From NCBI GenBank assembly GCA_963555815.3, contig CAUVWX020000001.1:480001-544000 (forward strand): a DNA stretch of 64,000 nucleotides. The letters are read 5' to 3'. This stretch comes from a bacterium. Its GTDB lineage: Bacteria > UBA8248 > JACPRG01 > G963555815. Under the pieces are notes generated by a model, which was not told where the DNA came from, did not search any database, and saw only the letters and a program-made list of their open reading frames with translations. Positions 21,457 to 31,476 of this stretch are shown piece by piece. The position numbers and the translations under genes are program-made. Position 1 is the stretch's first letter. Every line of letters begins with the position of its first letter.

Positions 21457-22779
21457 TCATCTCTTTTTTCGAGGGGACCAGGCGGGCGTCTCCCCACGCT
21501 GAAGGCGCCGGACAAACTGGCCCGCGGTGTTCATGACGTAGATGGCCTCTCTCCCGCTCCGAGTCGAGGTAAAAGCGATGAGGCGCCCGTCGGGAGACCA
21601 GACAGGGTCCGTATTGTCGCCAACATTTTGGGTCAGCTGGATCAACCCGCTGCCATCGGTACGGATGAGGAAGATGTCAAAACGTCCATCCGCCAGGCTG
21701 GAGAAGACGATCCGGTCTCCCCGCGGAGACCAGGCAGGTCCCGAGTTGTAATTGCCTTCAAAGGTGAGCCTCTGGACCTCTTGGCCCGAGATCTTCATGA
21801 GGTGGACCTGCGGGGAGCCCGAGCGGTTGGAAGTGAAGGCGATGGACTCTCCGTCGGGAGACCAGGTCGGGTCCACGTCGATAGCGAAGTGATCGGTGAG
21901 CCGGCGAAGGATCTGGCCGTCGGGGTGAAGAAGATAGAGATCTGCGTTTCCAGCACGGCTGAGGGCGGCTGTCATGAGAGAGCCGTCCGGCGACCAGACG
22001 CCGCCGGTTGCCACCTCAGCCGCGAGGGCAAAGGGCTGCACCTTGGCCTGGGCCAGCTCCAGCATGTAGAGACCCGGCTGTCCCTGCTGAAAAGAAGTGA
22101 AGGAGAGTTGCGCCCCATCCGGCGACCAAGCGGGCTTGAGGTTGGTCGAGCCGTTTCGCGTCAGCTGCTTCACGTTAAAACCGTCGTAGTCCATCACAAA
22201 GAGCTCTTTGTTTCCCCGGCGGGATGAGACAAAGGCGATCTGCGTGTCGAAGATCCCAGACTCGCCGGACAGGCTTTTCAGCACCTCATTGGCGAAGTTA
22301 TGGGAGACCTGGCGATAGTCCCCGAGCTTGACGGTGTACTTTTTTCCAACCGCCATGGTCCCCTGGACCACCACAAAGAGCCTGGCCTCTATCTCTAGCT
22401 GTTCTCCCTCGACCCGGAATCCCCCCTTAATCAGGGCCTCTGCCCCAATGGCCGTCCAATCCCGAAAGTCGATATCCTCGGGTTCCAGCCCCCCCTGAAG
22501 GGGATCCTCAAGGAAGGTGACCGGATCAAGGACCCGAAAGAGGCCTGTGACCCCAAGGTCGTCCGCAATGACCTGTCCGAGCTTCCAGCCCAGGGCCTCA
22601 TCTCCACTCTCGGGCGTGAGGTTTTTAAAAGGGGGAATGGCGATGGGCAACTGTCTCCCCCCCCCGGGGCCGATGTCCAGATAGACCTTGGGCTGGGAAC
22701 GGGCGAGGGCCGCGGCGAAGACAATAAAGACCCCTACCGCAAGGCAAAGGGTCCACTTGGATATCTTGGAGTTCTTCAT
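21457..22779 (-). CDS. tolB: Tol-Pal beta-propeller protein TolB
   Basis: Signal peptide, N-terminal TolB domain, repeated PxWSPDG blades. Confidence 0.95.
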   Translation of the reverse strand: MKNSKISKWTLCLAVGVFIVFAAALARSQPKVYLDIGPGGGRQLPIAIPPFKNLTPESGDEALGWKLGQVIADDLGVTGLFRVLDPVTFLEDPLQGGLEPEDIDFRDWTAIGAEALIKGGFRVEGEQLEIEARLFVVVQGTMAVGKKYTVKLGDYRQVSHNFANEVLKSLSGESGIFDTQIAFVSSRRGNKELFVMDYDGFNVKQLTRNGSTNLKPAWSPDGAQLSFTSFQQGQPGLYMLELAQAKVQPFALAAEVATGGVWSPDGSLMTAALSRAGNADLYLLHPDGQILRRLTDHFAIDVDPTWSPDGESIAFTSNRSGSPQVHLMKISGQEVQRLTFEGNYNSGPAWSPRGDRIVFSSLADGRFDIFLIRTDGSGLIQLTQNVGDNTDPVWSPDGRLIAFTSTRSGREAIYVMNTAGQFVRRLQRGETPAWSPRKKR

Positions 22780-22828
22780 TCCTGTTGGGCCTTCGCCTGA
22801 AATTAAGCTGAGGGCCTGGAGGTGTGAT

Positions 22829-23659
22829 TCACTGAACCCTCGGCGTGAAGCGCAATCCTACACGAAAGATGCTGCCCGAAGAGGCCTCAGGGGGAGCAGG
22901 AAGCTGGGCGACCTTGGCCAGGGCCCGCTCCACAGACTCGTCGAAATAACGATCCCCTGAACGACGCTCAAATTTAATTTCGATAATCTTTCCTGCCGGA
23001 TCAACCCCGATGGAGACAATCGCCCGGAGGGTCTCCGCACGAGCAGAACTCGGCAGGACCCAGGCCTCCTCGAGGATTTGCCAAACCTGATTGTAATAAG
23101 CCCTGTGGCGAAGGTCCAGGGTGACCGAGGAGACGCCCCCCCGGGGTGGGCCTCCGGGACCCTCTATCCCCTCTCCGGCCCGCTCCTTGGCAAGCCGCTC
23201 CCGGATCTCTTCCAGGCCGGCCTTCACGTCAGCCTCCTCAGGATCTGGGACACTCTCCTGCTTGGCAGGAGGTTCCTCCTTGGGCTTTGCGGGCTCGACC
23301 GCCTTCGCCTCAACCGGGGGCTTGGGTGCGGGTGCCGCCTTGGGCACAGGTTTCACCTTGGGCGGAGGCGTCGCCCTAACCGCTGGTGTCTCCTTCGGTG
23401 GAGGTGTCACCTTGGCTTCCACCTTAGGGGCAGGCCTCGGTGCCGCCTCAACCTTTCTTGGGGAGGACGGTGCAGCGGGCCTGGTGGGCCCCGGCCCAAT
23501 GAGATTCACGGTCATGGCCGGCGCGTAGAATTTCCGGGGTTTGTCCGACAATGGGCTCAGGGTCAAGATCCCTCCCAGGATAGCCGCATGAACCAGCACC
23601 GAGACGACTACCACGGGTGCCCATCCAGTCTTGCGCGAGGAGACCTCTCTGGAATTCAT
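22829..23659 (-). CDS. tolA: TolA/TonB-like energy transducer
   Basis: SVLVH TM motif, Pro/Lys-rich linker, C-terminal SGDRYFDESVERA; position between tolR and tolB. Confidence 0.85.
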   Translation of the reverse strand: MNSREVSSRKTGWAPVVVVSVLVHAAILGGILTLSPLSDKPRKFYAPAMTVNLIGPGPTRPAAPSSPRKVEAAPRPAPKVEAKVTPPPKETPAVRATPPPKVKPVPKAAPAPKPPVEAKAVEPAKPKEEPPAKQESVPDPEEADVKAGLEEIRERLAKERAGEGIEGPGGPPRGGVSSVTLDLRHRAYYNQVWQILEEAWVLPSSARAETLRAIVSIGVDPAGKIIEIKFERRSGDRYFDESVERALAKVAQLPAPPEASSGSIFRVGLRFTPRVQ

Positions 23660-24072
23660 GGCTCAGTTAAGGTCGTTGCCTCGGTCACCATGCCGATCCG
23701 CCCGATCCCGCTCTTTCGGATCAGCCCCATCACCTCGACGACGAAACCGTAGGGGACATCCTTATCGGATCTGAGGAAGACCTCTTTTCTGGGTCGATCC
23801 TGATAGAGGGCCTGAAGCTTGGCCCCGAGCTGGGAGAGGGTAAGCGGAGCCCGGTTGAGGTAGACCTTTCGCTCCTTTGTAATGGTCACCACGAACTGAT
23901 CTTCCTGGAGGGGGAGCTCGGGGGCGTTCATAGCGGGAAGACTCACGTCCACCCCCTGCTGAAGGAGAGGGGCTGTGACCATAAAGATGATCAGGAGAAC
24001 CAGCATGACGTCCACAAGGGGTATCATGTTGATCTCGTGGAGTGTGCTCCCCTGTTTGGAATCGAGGGCCAA
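23656..24072 (-). CDS. tolR: TolR
   Basis: EINMIPLVDVMLVLLIIFMVTAP. Confidence 0.93.
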   Translation of the reverse strand: MALDSKQGSTLHEINMIPLVDVMLVLLIIFMVTAPLLQQGVDVSLPAMNAPELPLQEDQFVVTITKERKVYLNRAPLTLSQLGAKLQALYQDRPRKEVFLRSDKDVPYGFVVEVMGLIRKSGIGRIGMVTEATTLTEP

Positions 24073-24078
24073 GAGGCC

Positions 24079-24801
24079 TCACCTCCGCAAATAGTGGCGC
24101 TCGACCAGGTTCAGGAACTCGGACGAAAAGTTTTCCATCTCTTCCCCAAGGGCCCTGGTGCGATTCACATAGTAGTTGTAGGCCACCACCGCCGGGATGG
24201 CCGCCGCCAGGCCAGCGGCCGTGGCGACCAAGGCCTCGCTGATCCCCGGGGCCACTACGGCCAGGCTCGCCGCCCCAGTGCGACCGATCCCCCGAAAGGC
24301 ATTCATGATCCCCCACACCGTCCCAAAGAGGCCGATGAAGGGGGTCGTGCTCCCCGTCGTGGCGAGAAAGATGAGGGACCGCTCCAGCCGGTTCGACTCC
24401 AGGCTCCGCGCCCTTACGAGGGCCCGGCGAATATTCTCAACGCCGGAGACCTCTGTCGCCACAGCGATGGAGTTCTCCTGAGATTCGCCGGAGACCGCCT
24501 GGTTGACCCGAGAAAATTCCCGGTAGCCCGCCCGAAACACCTTCGCCAGGGGACTCTCCAGGAGGCCGGACGAAATCTCATAGAGGGAATCCAGGTTCGT
24601 GTTGTTCCAAAAGGCCTGAAGGAAGCCTTCTGACTGCGCCTGGGCCTTCCCGATGAGACGATACTTCAGAAAGATGATGGCCCAGGAGACTACGGAGAAA
24701 GCCAGAAGGACGAGAAGGACGAACTGGACCATCGGCCCAGCACTCAGGACAAGTCCCCATATACCGCTGCTGCCCTGTCCGAGATTAATGGAAAAAGGCA
24801 C
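24079..24801 (-). CDS. tolQ: TolQ
   Basis: PFIGLFGTVWGIM, VAPGISEALVATAAGL. Confidence 0.95.
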   Translation of the reverse strand: MPFSINLGQGSSGIWGLVLSAGPMVQFVLLVLLAFSVVSWAIIFLKYRLIGKAQAQSEGFLQAFWNNTNLDSLYEISSGLLESPLAKVFRAGYREFSRVNQAVSGESQENSIAVATEVSGVENIRRALVRARSLESNRLERSLIFLATTGSTTPFIGLFGTVWGIMNAFRGIGRTGAASLAVVAPGISEALVATAAGLAAAIPAVVAYNYYVNRTRALGEEMENFSSEFLNLVERHYLRR

Positions 24802-24838
24802 GTTCCACCGACCCTAAAAGGTTCACTAACCCCTATAA

Positions 24839-24867
24839 AAGCTACCAACTACCGCCTTGAAAGTCAA
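24839..24867 (-). promoter_or_regulatory. Putative sigma70 promoter of the tol-pal operon
   Basis: Minus strand TTGACT-17 bp-TAGCTT with extended -10 TG, just upstream of tolQ. Confidence 0.55.
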
Positions 24868-26123
24868 CGCCCGTCCGCCGAGGGGATGACTGTGGCCGCC
24901 TCCTCGATGAGCGAAATGACCCTGAGAATAACGCGGCCCACCTCGTCAAGCCCCTCCTCCTCAATCAAATCGGGAGAATCTCTCCGTGTGTGAACATGAC
25001 CAATCGCCCGGGCCACGACGGAGAAGTCGGCCGCCGGGTAGCCCGCATCGGAGAAAGGGACATGATCCATCAAGAGACTGCCAAGGAGGCTGAACCGCCG
25101 AAGAGAAACCCCCTCTTGGTGGGCTGCATCTTGAAGGAGCTCCTGGAGCGTGCTTGCCTGGTCCCCCCATCTTCTCCCCGGTCCTCCGAACAGGCGAAGT
25201 TTCTGCGGAATCCCCACTGTATCGATGTTGACAACAGCGGTCTCCCCGGGGTCCCACTCGTGTCTCTGTTGGCGAAGGAGGGCATAAGCCCCGCACAGAC
25301 CCAACTCCTCCGCACCTGTCAAGGCCAAAACCACACGGAGACCCCGGGTGGGACTGGACGCCAGGGCCTCGGCCAGGGCGAGGACGACTCCGGCCCCAGA
25401 GGCATTGTCCAGCCCCCCGGGCGATAAATTATCTGTCCGAGCGGTCGCCAGGATAAGAATGAGGAGAAGTGCGAGTGCCGTCAGGAAGTTCACGCCTAAG
25501 CCACCAGGCTCGAGAAGGGAGACCGCCGAGAGAACATAAAAAACCGACAGGGCGAAGAAGCTGGCTGAAAGGGTGAGAAAGAGGAGGAGCCGTTGCGTGA
25601 GGGATTGGCTCGTATGCGTGAGGTATTGGCTTGTTCCCTTGGAGTCGTAGTGGGCCATAAGAATGAGCCGGGGAGCTTCCTTCTCCCCCGTCCCCATTTC
25701 CGCCACCAGGTTCTTCGACCCCCGACCCTTGGGCGCTTCGCGAAGGACCCGCCTTCGAGCGAAGGACCTCCACAGAGAACCCGCCTTCAATGCAAAGAAC
25801 CCCAAGGCGGCAACCAGGGCGGCTGAAGCCCAAGGGCTGGCGGGGCTGAAAACCCTGGCTGCGAGACAGAGGAGACCGGAGCCCCCCAGCGCCCACGAGG
25901 TGAAGGCCGAGCCCGTCGTCCCCAGGCCAAAAGCCTCCTCCCTCACTTACCATCCGGCCTCAAGGAGAGTGCGCCGAAGATAGGCCGCGGCGGCCCCCTC
26001 TCCCTCCGTTCCGACCAAGCGTGGGGAGGCGATCTGACGGGCGTGATGGAGGGCTTTTTGTGCATCGAAAAACCGCCCAGAGGGCTTCGCCTGGGCACGT
26101 CTGGGTTTTCCCGGATCATCCAC
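24864..26123 (-). pseudogene. M28 family membrane metallopeptidase interrupted by in-frame TAA (25947-25949)
   Basis: Upstream in-frame translation FDAQKALHHARQIASPRLVGTEGEGAAAAYLRRTLLEAGW*VREEAF joins ORF 24864..25946 with AHYDS, DNASG, AEELGL, NIDTVG, HTRRD. Confidence 0.75.
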
Positions 26124-26173
26124 CCTATGTTATCCTCGCCCTGCGCCTTAAATCCGACCTTGGGAGGAAATCA

Positions 26174-27619
26174 TTGAAGACAGCAGGAAATTCTAAGGCC
26201 CGTCGGCGCGCCAAGATCGTGTGCACACTCGGTCCTGCCAGCCACTCTAAGGAGATGATCCACCGGCTCATCCTGGCGGGGATGGATGTCGCACGAGTGA
26301 ATTTTTCCCACGGGACTTTCGCCGAGCACACCGAGACCATCCGACGGGTTCGGGCCGCCTCCAAGGAATTCCAAAAACCTATCGCCATCCTACAGGACCT
26401 TCCCGGCCCCAAGGTCCGCACCCGCCGCATCCGGGGGGGGGCGGTCGAATTGACCAGGGGCAGAGAGATCGTCCTCACGCCGCGCCCCATCCTGGGGACG
26501 GCCGAGCGAATCTCCACCACCCATCCTCTCCTCGCGAAAGATGTGCGCCCGGGAAACCCCATTCTGATAGATGACGGCCTCATTCATCTGACGGTAAAAA
26601 AGGTGGTCGGAGGTGACGTCCGGTGTCGAATCGACCAGGGAGGGATCCTGCGAGACCACAAGGGGATCAACCTCCCGGCCTCCGCGGTGAACGTCCCCAC
26701 GCTCACCCGAAAAGACCGTGAGGCCCTTGAATTCGGCATCCGCCACAAAGTGGACTATATCGCACTGTCCTTTGTGCGGGAGGCTGCGGACCTGGAGACG
26801 GCAAGAAGGATCCTCGCCCGCCGAAAGTCAAAGATTCCCCTCATCGCCAAACTGGAGAAACCCCAGGCCATCTCGCACCTAGAGGCCATCTTGGAGGCGG
26901 CCGACGGCGTCATGGTGGCCCGCGGGGACCTGGGGGTTGAGATGCCCCCGGAGAAGGTGCCCATCGTCCAAAAGCAGATCATCCGGGCCGCCAACGCGAG
27001 GGCCCTCCCCGTCATCACGGCCACTCAAATGCTCTTCTCTATGATCTCGAACCCACGCCCGACCCGGGCTGAGGCCTCTGATGTGGCCAATGCCATCCTG
27101 GATGGGACGGACGCTGTCATGCTCTCCGGGGAGACAGCCATCGGCCGTTATCCTGTTCGCGCCGTAGAGATGATATCCCGGATCATCATGGAGGCTGAGG
27201 CCGCTGCACGGAAGCGGGACGTCGCTCCTGAGGGAGCGGTCACCCCGGCCAGTGTGGTGACGCGGGCTGCTTGTGATGCCGTGCAGGCCCTCAAGGCCCG
27301 GGCCATTGTCGCCTTCACACAGTCAGGGCTTACTGCGCGCTTCGTCGCAAGGAACCGACCGGCAGTGCCCATCCTGGCCTATACTCACGACGAGCGCATC
27401 CTCAAACGGATGGCCCTCTATTGGGGGGTGACTCCTCAGTTATTGCCCCTGGGCGATCACACCGAAAAGGTCTTCGAGCAGGTGGAGGAGCGACTCCTGC
27501 GACACAAGCAGGCCAAAGAGGGCGACGTCATCGCCATCCTGAGCGGGTCTCCCCTCTCCGAACGAGGTCCTACTAATCTTTTAAAGCTTCAGACCCTCCG
27601 ACGCCGATCCCGCCGCTAG
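26174..27619 (+). CDS. pyk: Pyruvate kinase
   Basis: KIVCTLGPAS, RVNFSHG, IAKLEK, MVARGDLG, ATQML, MLSGETA; TTG start after GGAGG. Confidence 0.97.
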   Translation: MKTAGNSKARRRAKIVCTLGPASHSKEMIHRLILAGMDVARVNFSHGTFAEHTETIRRVRAASKEFQKPIAILQDLPGPKVRTRRIRGGAVELTRGREIVLTPRPILGTAERISTTHPLLAKDVRPGNPILIDDGLIHLTVKKVVGGDVRCRIDQGGILRDHKGINLPASAVNVPTLTRKDREALEFGIRHKVDYIALSFVREAADLETARRILARRKSKIPLIAKLEKPQAISHLEAILEAADGVMVARGDLGVEMPPEKVPIVQKQIIRAANARALPVITATQMLFSMISNPRPTRAEASDVANAILDGTDAVMLSGETAIGRYPVRAVEMISRIIMEAEAAARKRDVAPEGAVTPASVVTRAACDAVQALKARAIVAFTQSGLTARFVARNRPAVPILAYTHDERILKRMALYWGVTPQLLPLGDHTEKVFEQVEERLLRHKQAKEGDVIAILSGSPLSERGPTNLLKLQTLRRRSRR

Positions 27620-27637
27620 CTTTTCGTCAGGCGGACC

Positions 27638-28759
27638 TCATAGGAGTCCCAGGGCTTTCAGTTCCCCCGCGGCCTGGTCGAACCGGTCTTCCGCCTCAAC
27701 CTCCCTCGACCACTCGATGAGCTCTCGCATCCCAGTCTCAAAGTCCACCTGAGGGACAAAATCGAGGGCTTTTCGGGCCCGGCTGATATCGGCAAAGCAG
27801 TGGCGGACATCACCCTTCCTGAAGGTCTGGGTCACGTCGGGCGCTATTTCTTTTCCGAGCACTTGGGCGAGGGTCTCGGCGATACCCGAGATTTTCCGGG
27901 GCTCACCGCTTCCGATGTTCAGCACCAGGGGGCCCTTCCAGTCTTGCTCCAGCGCCCTCAGATTGGCCTGAACCACGTCATGGACGGAGACAAAATCCCG
28001 GGTCTGGCGGCCATCTTCGTAGACCACGGGAGGCTGGTCGTTCTTCAAGCGGCTGAGGAAGATGGCGGCCACCCCGGTGTAAGGATTGGAGAGAGACTGG
28101 CGGGGCCCGTAGACGTTGAAGTACCGAAAGGAGGCGACCGGAAGGGCGTAGGTCCTTCCGAAATTCACGACGAGGTCCTCCTGGACCTGCTTCGTGATGG
28201 CGTAGACGGAGTTGGGGTGAAAGGCGGCCTCCTCATCGGTTGGGATGGGGTGAAGGTGAGCGCCACAATGGGGACAGAGGGGTTCCCACTCCCTCTTGGC
28301 CATCTGCTCAAGCGTCCGAAGGGGTGGGCGGATGACTCCGCACGATTTTTGCCCCTCGCAGCGGTAGCTCCCCTCCCCGTAGCTGCTCATGGAGGCGGCC
28401 ACCACCAGCCCCCGGACTTGATTCGTTGAGCTCACCAGGAGATCCAGGAGGTTCGCCGTCCCACCGATATTGACATCTACATAATGCTTGATCTCGTACT
28501 GGGACTGCCCAACCCCCACCGCCCCCGCCTTGTGGTAGACCCATTCCACCCCCTCCAGGGCGGCGCCAAGGGCCTCCCGGTCTCGGACATCACCGTGAAT
28601 GAGCTCGGCCTTCGGACTGAGATAGGCGGGCTGGCCCCCATCTCCGTGGACCTGGGGAAGGAGGGCGTCGAATACTCTGACCTCATGGCCGCGCCGGATG
28701 AGCTCATCCACCAGAAAGGAGCCGATAAATCCGGCCCCCCCTGTCACCAGAATACGCAT
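27638..28759 (-). CDS. NAD-dependent nucleotide-sugar epimerase/dehydratase
   Basis: TGGAGFIG, YAITK (YxxxK), RYFNVYGP, RDFVSV. Confidence 0.93.
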   Translation of the reverse strand: MRILVTGGAGFIGSFLVDELIRRGHEVRVFDALLPQVHGDGGQPAYLSPKAELIHGDVRDREALGAALEGVEWVYHKAGAVGVGQSQYEIKHYVDVNIGGTANLLDLLVSSTNQVRGLVVAASMSSYGEGSYRCEGQKSCGVIRPPLRTLEQMAKREWEPLCPHCGAHLHPIPTDEEAAFHPNSVYAITKQVQEDLVVNFGRTYALPVASFRYFNVYGPRQSLSNPYTGVAAIFLSRLKNDQPPVVYEDGRQTRDFVSVHDVVQANLRALEQDWKGPLVLNIGSGEPRKISGIAETLAQVLGKEIAPDVTQTFRKGDVRHCFADISRARKALDFVPQVDFETGMRELIEWSREVEAEDRFDQAAGELKALGLL

Positions 28760-28873
28760 GAACTTCCTTCCTTCTTGAAAGGAGAATTTTTAAGAAAATC
28801 GCGGGGAGTATACCGCAGGCCCTCCCTTCGGAGCCACCCCAATGGGGTCAGGCCATCGGACAGCGCCCAACCC

Positions 28874-29752
28874 TCAGCCCCCTCTCTCCTCACGAGCGAG
28901 GGTCTTCCAGGCGCGAGAGATCTGGATGGAAGCGATCGCTTGAAGCACCTCCTTTCTCCCCATGGGGCCTCGTTCCGTGACGACGCAGGTCAAATGCCGC
29001 CAAGGCGTCCGGTCAAAGAACCCCTCACTCTCCAAAGCGGGGGCCGACAGCATCCGCTCGGGCAGAAATTTTTGAGTCGTGCACAGCGTGAAGACCGGGA
29101 CCCCATGCCCTCTCGCCCATCGCGCCAGGGGAGCCGTCCCTATCTTATGAATCAGGCCCCGAGGCGTAAGGGCGTCCGCACCGACGAGGAAGAGATCCAA
29201 CTCCTTAAACGCCTCAAAGGCCGCCAGGTCAGGGATGAGGCGGACGGGCACCCCTGCGCGCGCGAGCCGCCGGCTAAGCCCCAGGCCCTCATGGCCCGGG
29301 CTAGACTCGGTGCACAGGACCGAGACCCCTTCAACCTCCCGAAGGAGGGCCTCGACGGCGCTGCTGGCCGAATGGGTCAGAAGACGCCCCCCCCTCGGAA
29401 TGAGGGGGAGGGCAGCCCGAAGAAGTTGGCCCTTGGCCTGCTCGAAGGATTCAAGGAATTTGGCGACAGACCGGGTGGCCCCTTCAGCCGGCCTTTTTGC
29501 CGAGGCGCCGAGAAGGGCCGCGTTCGCCAGGTGAAAGAGGGGCGCCATGGCCGGTTGGGCCAACTGAAGCTGCCTGCCAAGACGGGCGAGCTCTTCTATT
29601 TCTATGAACCCCAGGTCCCTTCGATGCCCCTTGAGGGCGTTGAGAAGGCCTGCTGCCGCCCGTTGGGTCAGGGCCGTCGCGCCGCTCTTCCGGTCGTTGG
29701 CGAGGGCTCGGATCCAGGCGGGGGGTCTCCGTGAGCGACGGCGTGGGGTCAA
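28874..29752 (-). CDS. eIF-2B alpha/beta/delta / ribose-1,5-bisphosphate isomerase-like protein
   Basis: DRKSGA, QPAMA, LTHSASS, ESSPGHEG, VGADA, KIGT, FFDRTP. Confidence 0.8.
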   Translation of the reverse strand: MTPRRRSRRPPAWIRALANDRKSGATALTQRAAAGLLNALKGHRRDLGFIEIEELARLGRQLQLAQPAMAPLFHLANAALLGASAKRPAEGATRSVAKFLESFEQAKGQLLRAALPLIPRGGRLLTHSASSAVEALLREVEGVSVLCTESSPGHEGLGLSRRLARAGVPVRLIPDLAAFEAFKELDLFLVGADALTPRGLIHKIGTAPLARWARGHGVPVFTLCTTQKFLPERMLSAPALESEGFFDRTPWRHLTCVVTERGPMGRKEVLQAIASIQISRAWKTLAREERGG

Positions 29753-29782
29753 GAATGATTGGGCCTTGAAGAGGGGGGTCCC

Positions 29783-30418
29783 CTATCGTAGCTCCTCGGG
29801 GGACAAATCCTTCCCTGGTTCTTTAAGTCGCTCGGGGTCCTGACGGCTTTCCATAGCCCTGGCCAGGTTCCCGAGAATCCCCTCACCTCGATTTTTTCGG
29901 ACTTCCTTGAGTTCCCGGGTGAGCCGGTTGTCCAGAGACCCATGGTTTGCGGTGGGGAAAACCAGGGAGATGGACTCAGTCGCGATATCCAGATAGGGGG
30001 CCAGGGGAGAACTTTTCAGGAGGTCTCCCTGGGTGGCCCGTTCGGAGAAGGTGTTAGAGAAGAGGAGAAGGACCGAAACGACAAGGAGCCCCCGGGCGAA
30101 ACCGAAGATAAATCCGATGAGCCGGCTGGGGAAAGAGGGAGAGCCTCGGCTGGCCAGTCGATAAATCAACCCCACCAGTGTCCCAATCACAAGAGCGGTC
30201 ACGAGGAAAACGGCGGTAAAGCTGATCCCGCCCACCAGGATGGGGTCCGTGGCAACCCGACCCAGGTACTCTGTCCCGAAACCGTAAACCCGGGCCGCCA
30301 CCATATAGCTCGCCACCCAGACGGCCAACGCAAGGACCTCCCGGACCATCCCTCTGAGGAAACCATAGAGGGCGCTGGCCCCCAGGATGCCTAGGATGAC
30401 GTAATCCAGCGTTCCCAT
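29783..30418 (-). CDS. CvpA family membrane protein
   Basis: LDYVIL, GFLRGMVRE, RLIGFIFGFARG; multiple TM helices. Confidence 0.88.
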   Translation of the reverse strand: MGTLDYVILGILGASALYGFLRGMVREVLALAVWVASYMVAARVYGFGTEYLGRVATDPILVGGISFTAVFLVTALVIGTLVGLIYRLASRGSPSFPSRLIGFIFGFARGLLVVSVLLLFSNTFSERATQGDLLKSSPLAPYLDIATESISLVFPTANHGSLDNRLTRELKEVRKNRGEGILGNLARAMESRQDPERLKEPGKDLSPEELR

Positions 30419-30448
30419 GAAGGCCCCCGTTCCTGCTTTCAGGGATCC

Positions 30449-31474
30449 CTAGGTGACGCAGACCTTGCGCATCACCTTCAGGTTTTCCAGGACTTCCCCG
30501 GTCCCTCGCACGATGGCCGTCAGGGGGTCCTTGGCCCGATAGATGCGAAGGCCCGTCTCCTCGTGCAGGCGTTTTCCCAGACCCTTCAGGAGCGATCCCC
30601 CACCCGCCAGGACGATGCCCTTTCGCGTAATGTCGGCGGCCTGCTCCGGCGTGGAGCGCTCCAGGGCCCGCCGGATGGCCTCCACGATGGCCTTGACAGG
30701 GCCGTTGAGGGCCTCGCGGATCATGGTGTCGTCGACACTGATGGCCTTGGGGATCCCATCCACAATGTCCCGGCCCCGGATGACGGTCGTCAGCGGGGAG
30801 TCAAGGGGGGCGGCGGAGCCGATCTCGATCTTGGCCCGTTCGGCCTCAAAGGGGCCGATGGCAAGCCTGTAAACCCGCTTCACCTGGGCCTGGATAGCCT
30901 CATCCATCTCGTCCCCTGCGACTCGGATGGACTCGCTATAGGCGGTGGCATATCGGGAGATGACGGCGACCTCGGTGGTCCCGCCTCCGATGTCGACGAC
31001 CATGTTCCCGCCCACCTCGTGGACGGGCAGCTTGCTACCGATGGCGGCCGCCATCGGCTCCTCGATGAGATGGACACCTCGAGCCCCCGACTGAAAGGCC
31101 GACTCCTTCACGGCGCGTTTTTCCACCTGGGTGATCCCGGAGGGAATGCACACCATCATTCGAGGCTTGAAGTAGCGCCGGCCCTGATAGACCTGGCGGA
31201 TGAAGTACTGGATCATGGTCCGGGTGACTTCAAAATCAGCGATGACGCCATCTTTCATGGGCCGGATGATGGTGATGGAGTCCGGCGTCTTGCCCCACAT
31301 GGTCTTCGCCCCATCCCCCACGGCGAGGACCTCCCCATTGTCCTGGACGACGGCCACGACCGAGGGTTGCTGCAACACGATCCCTCTCCCGGGGATGTAG
31401 ATGAGGGTATTGGCGGTACCGAGGTCGATGGCGATGTCCCCGGCCAGCCACCGGGGCAAAAAGCTCAGTGGCAT
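30449..31474 (-). CDS. mreB: Rod shape-determining actin homolog MreB
   Basis: IDLGTANT, RPMKDGVIADF, IEEPMAAAIG, VDIGGGTTE, AGGGSLL; start at ATG 31474 (ORF track overextends to 32161). Confidence 0.93.
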   Translation of the reverse strand: MPLSFLPRWLAGDIAIDLGTANTLIYIPGRGIVLQQPSVVAVVQDNGEVLAVGDGAKTMWGKTPDSITIIRPMKDGVIADFEVTRTMIQYFIRQVYQGRRYFKPRMMVCIPSGITQVEKRAVKESAFQSGARGVHLIEEPMAAAIGSKLPVHEVGGNMVVDIGGGTTEVAVISRYATAYSESIRVAGDEMDEAIQAQVKRVYRLAIGPFEAERAKIEIGSAAPLDSPLTTVIRGRDIVDGIPKAISVDDTMIREALNGPVKAIVEAIRRALERSTPEQAADITRKGIVLAGGGSLLKGLGKRLHEETGLRIYRAKDPLTAIVRGTGEVLENLKVMRKVCVT

Positions 31475-31476
31475 TC

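Noticed and set aside
27638..27670. Epimerase C-terminus ELKALGLL as another LGY tail
   Set aside because: It lacks the Tyr and terminal acidic residue, so the resemblance may be coincidental
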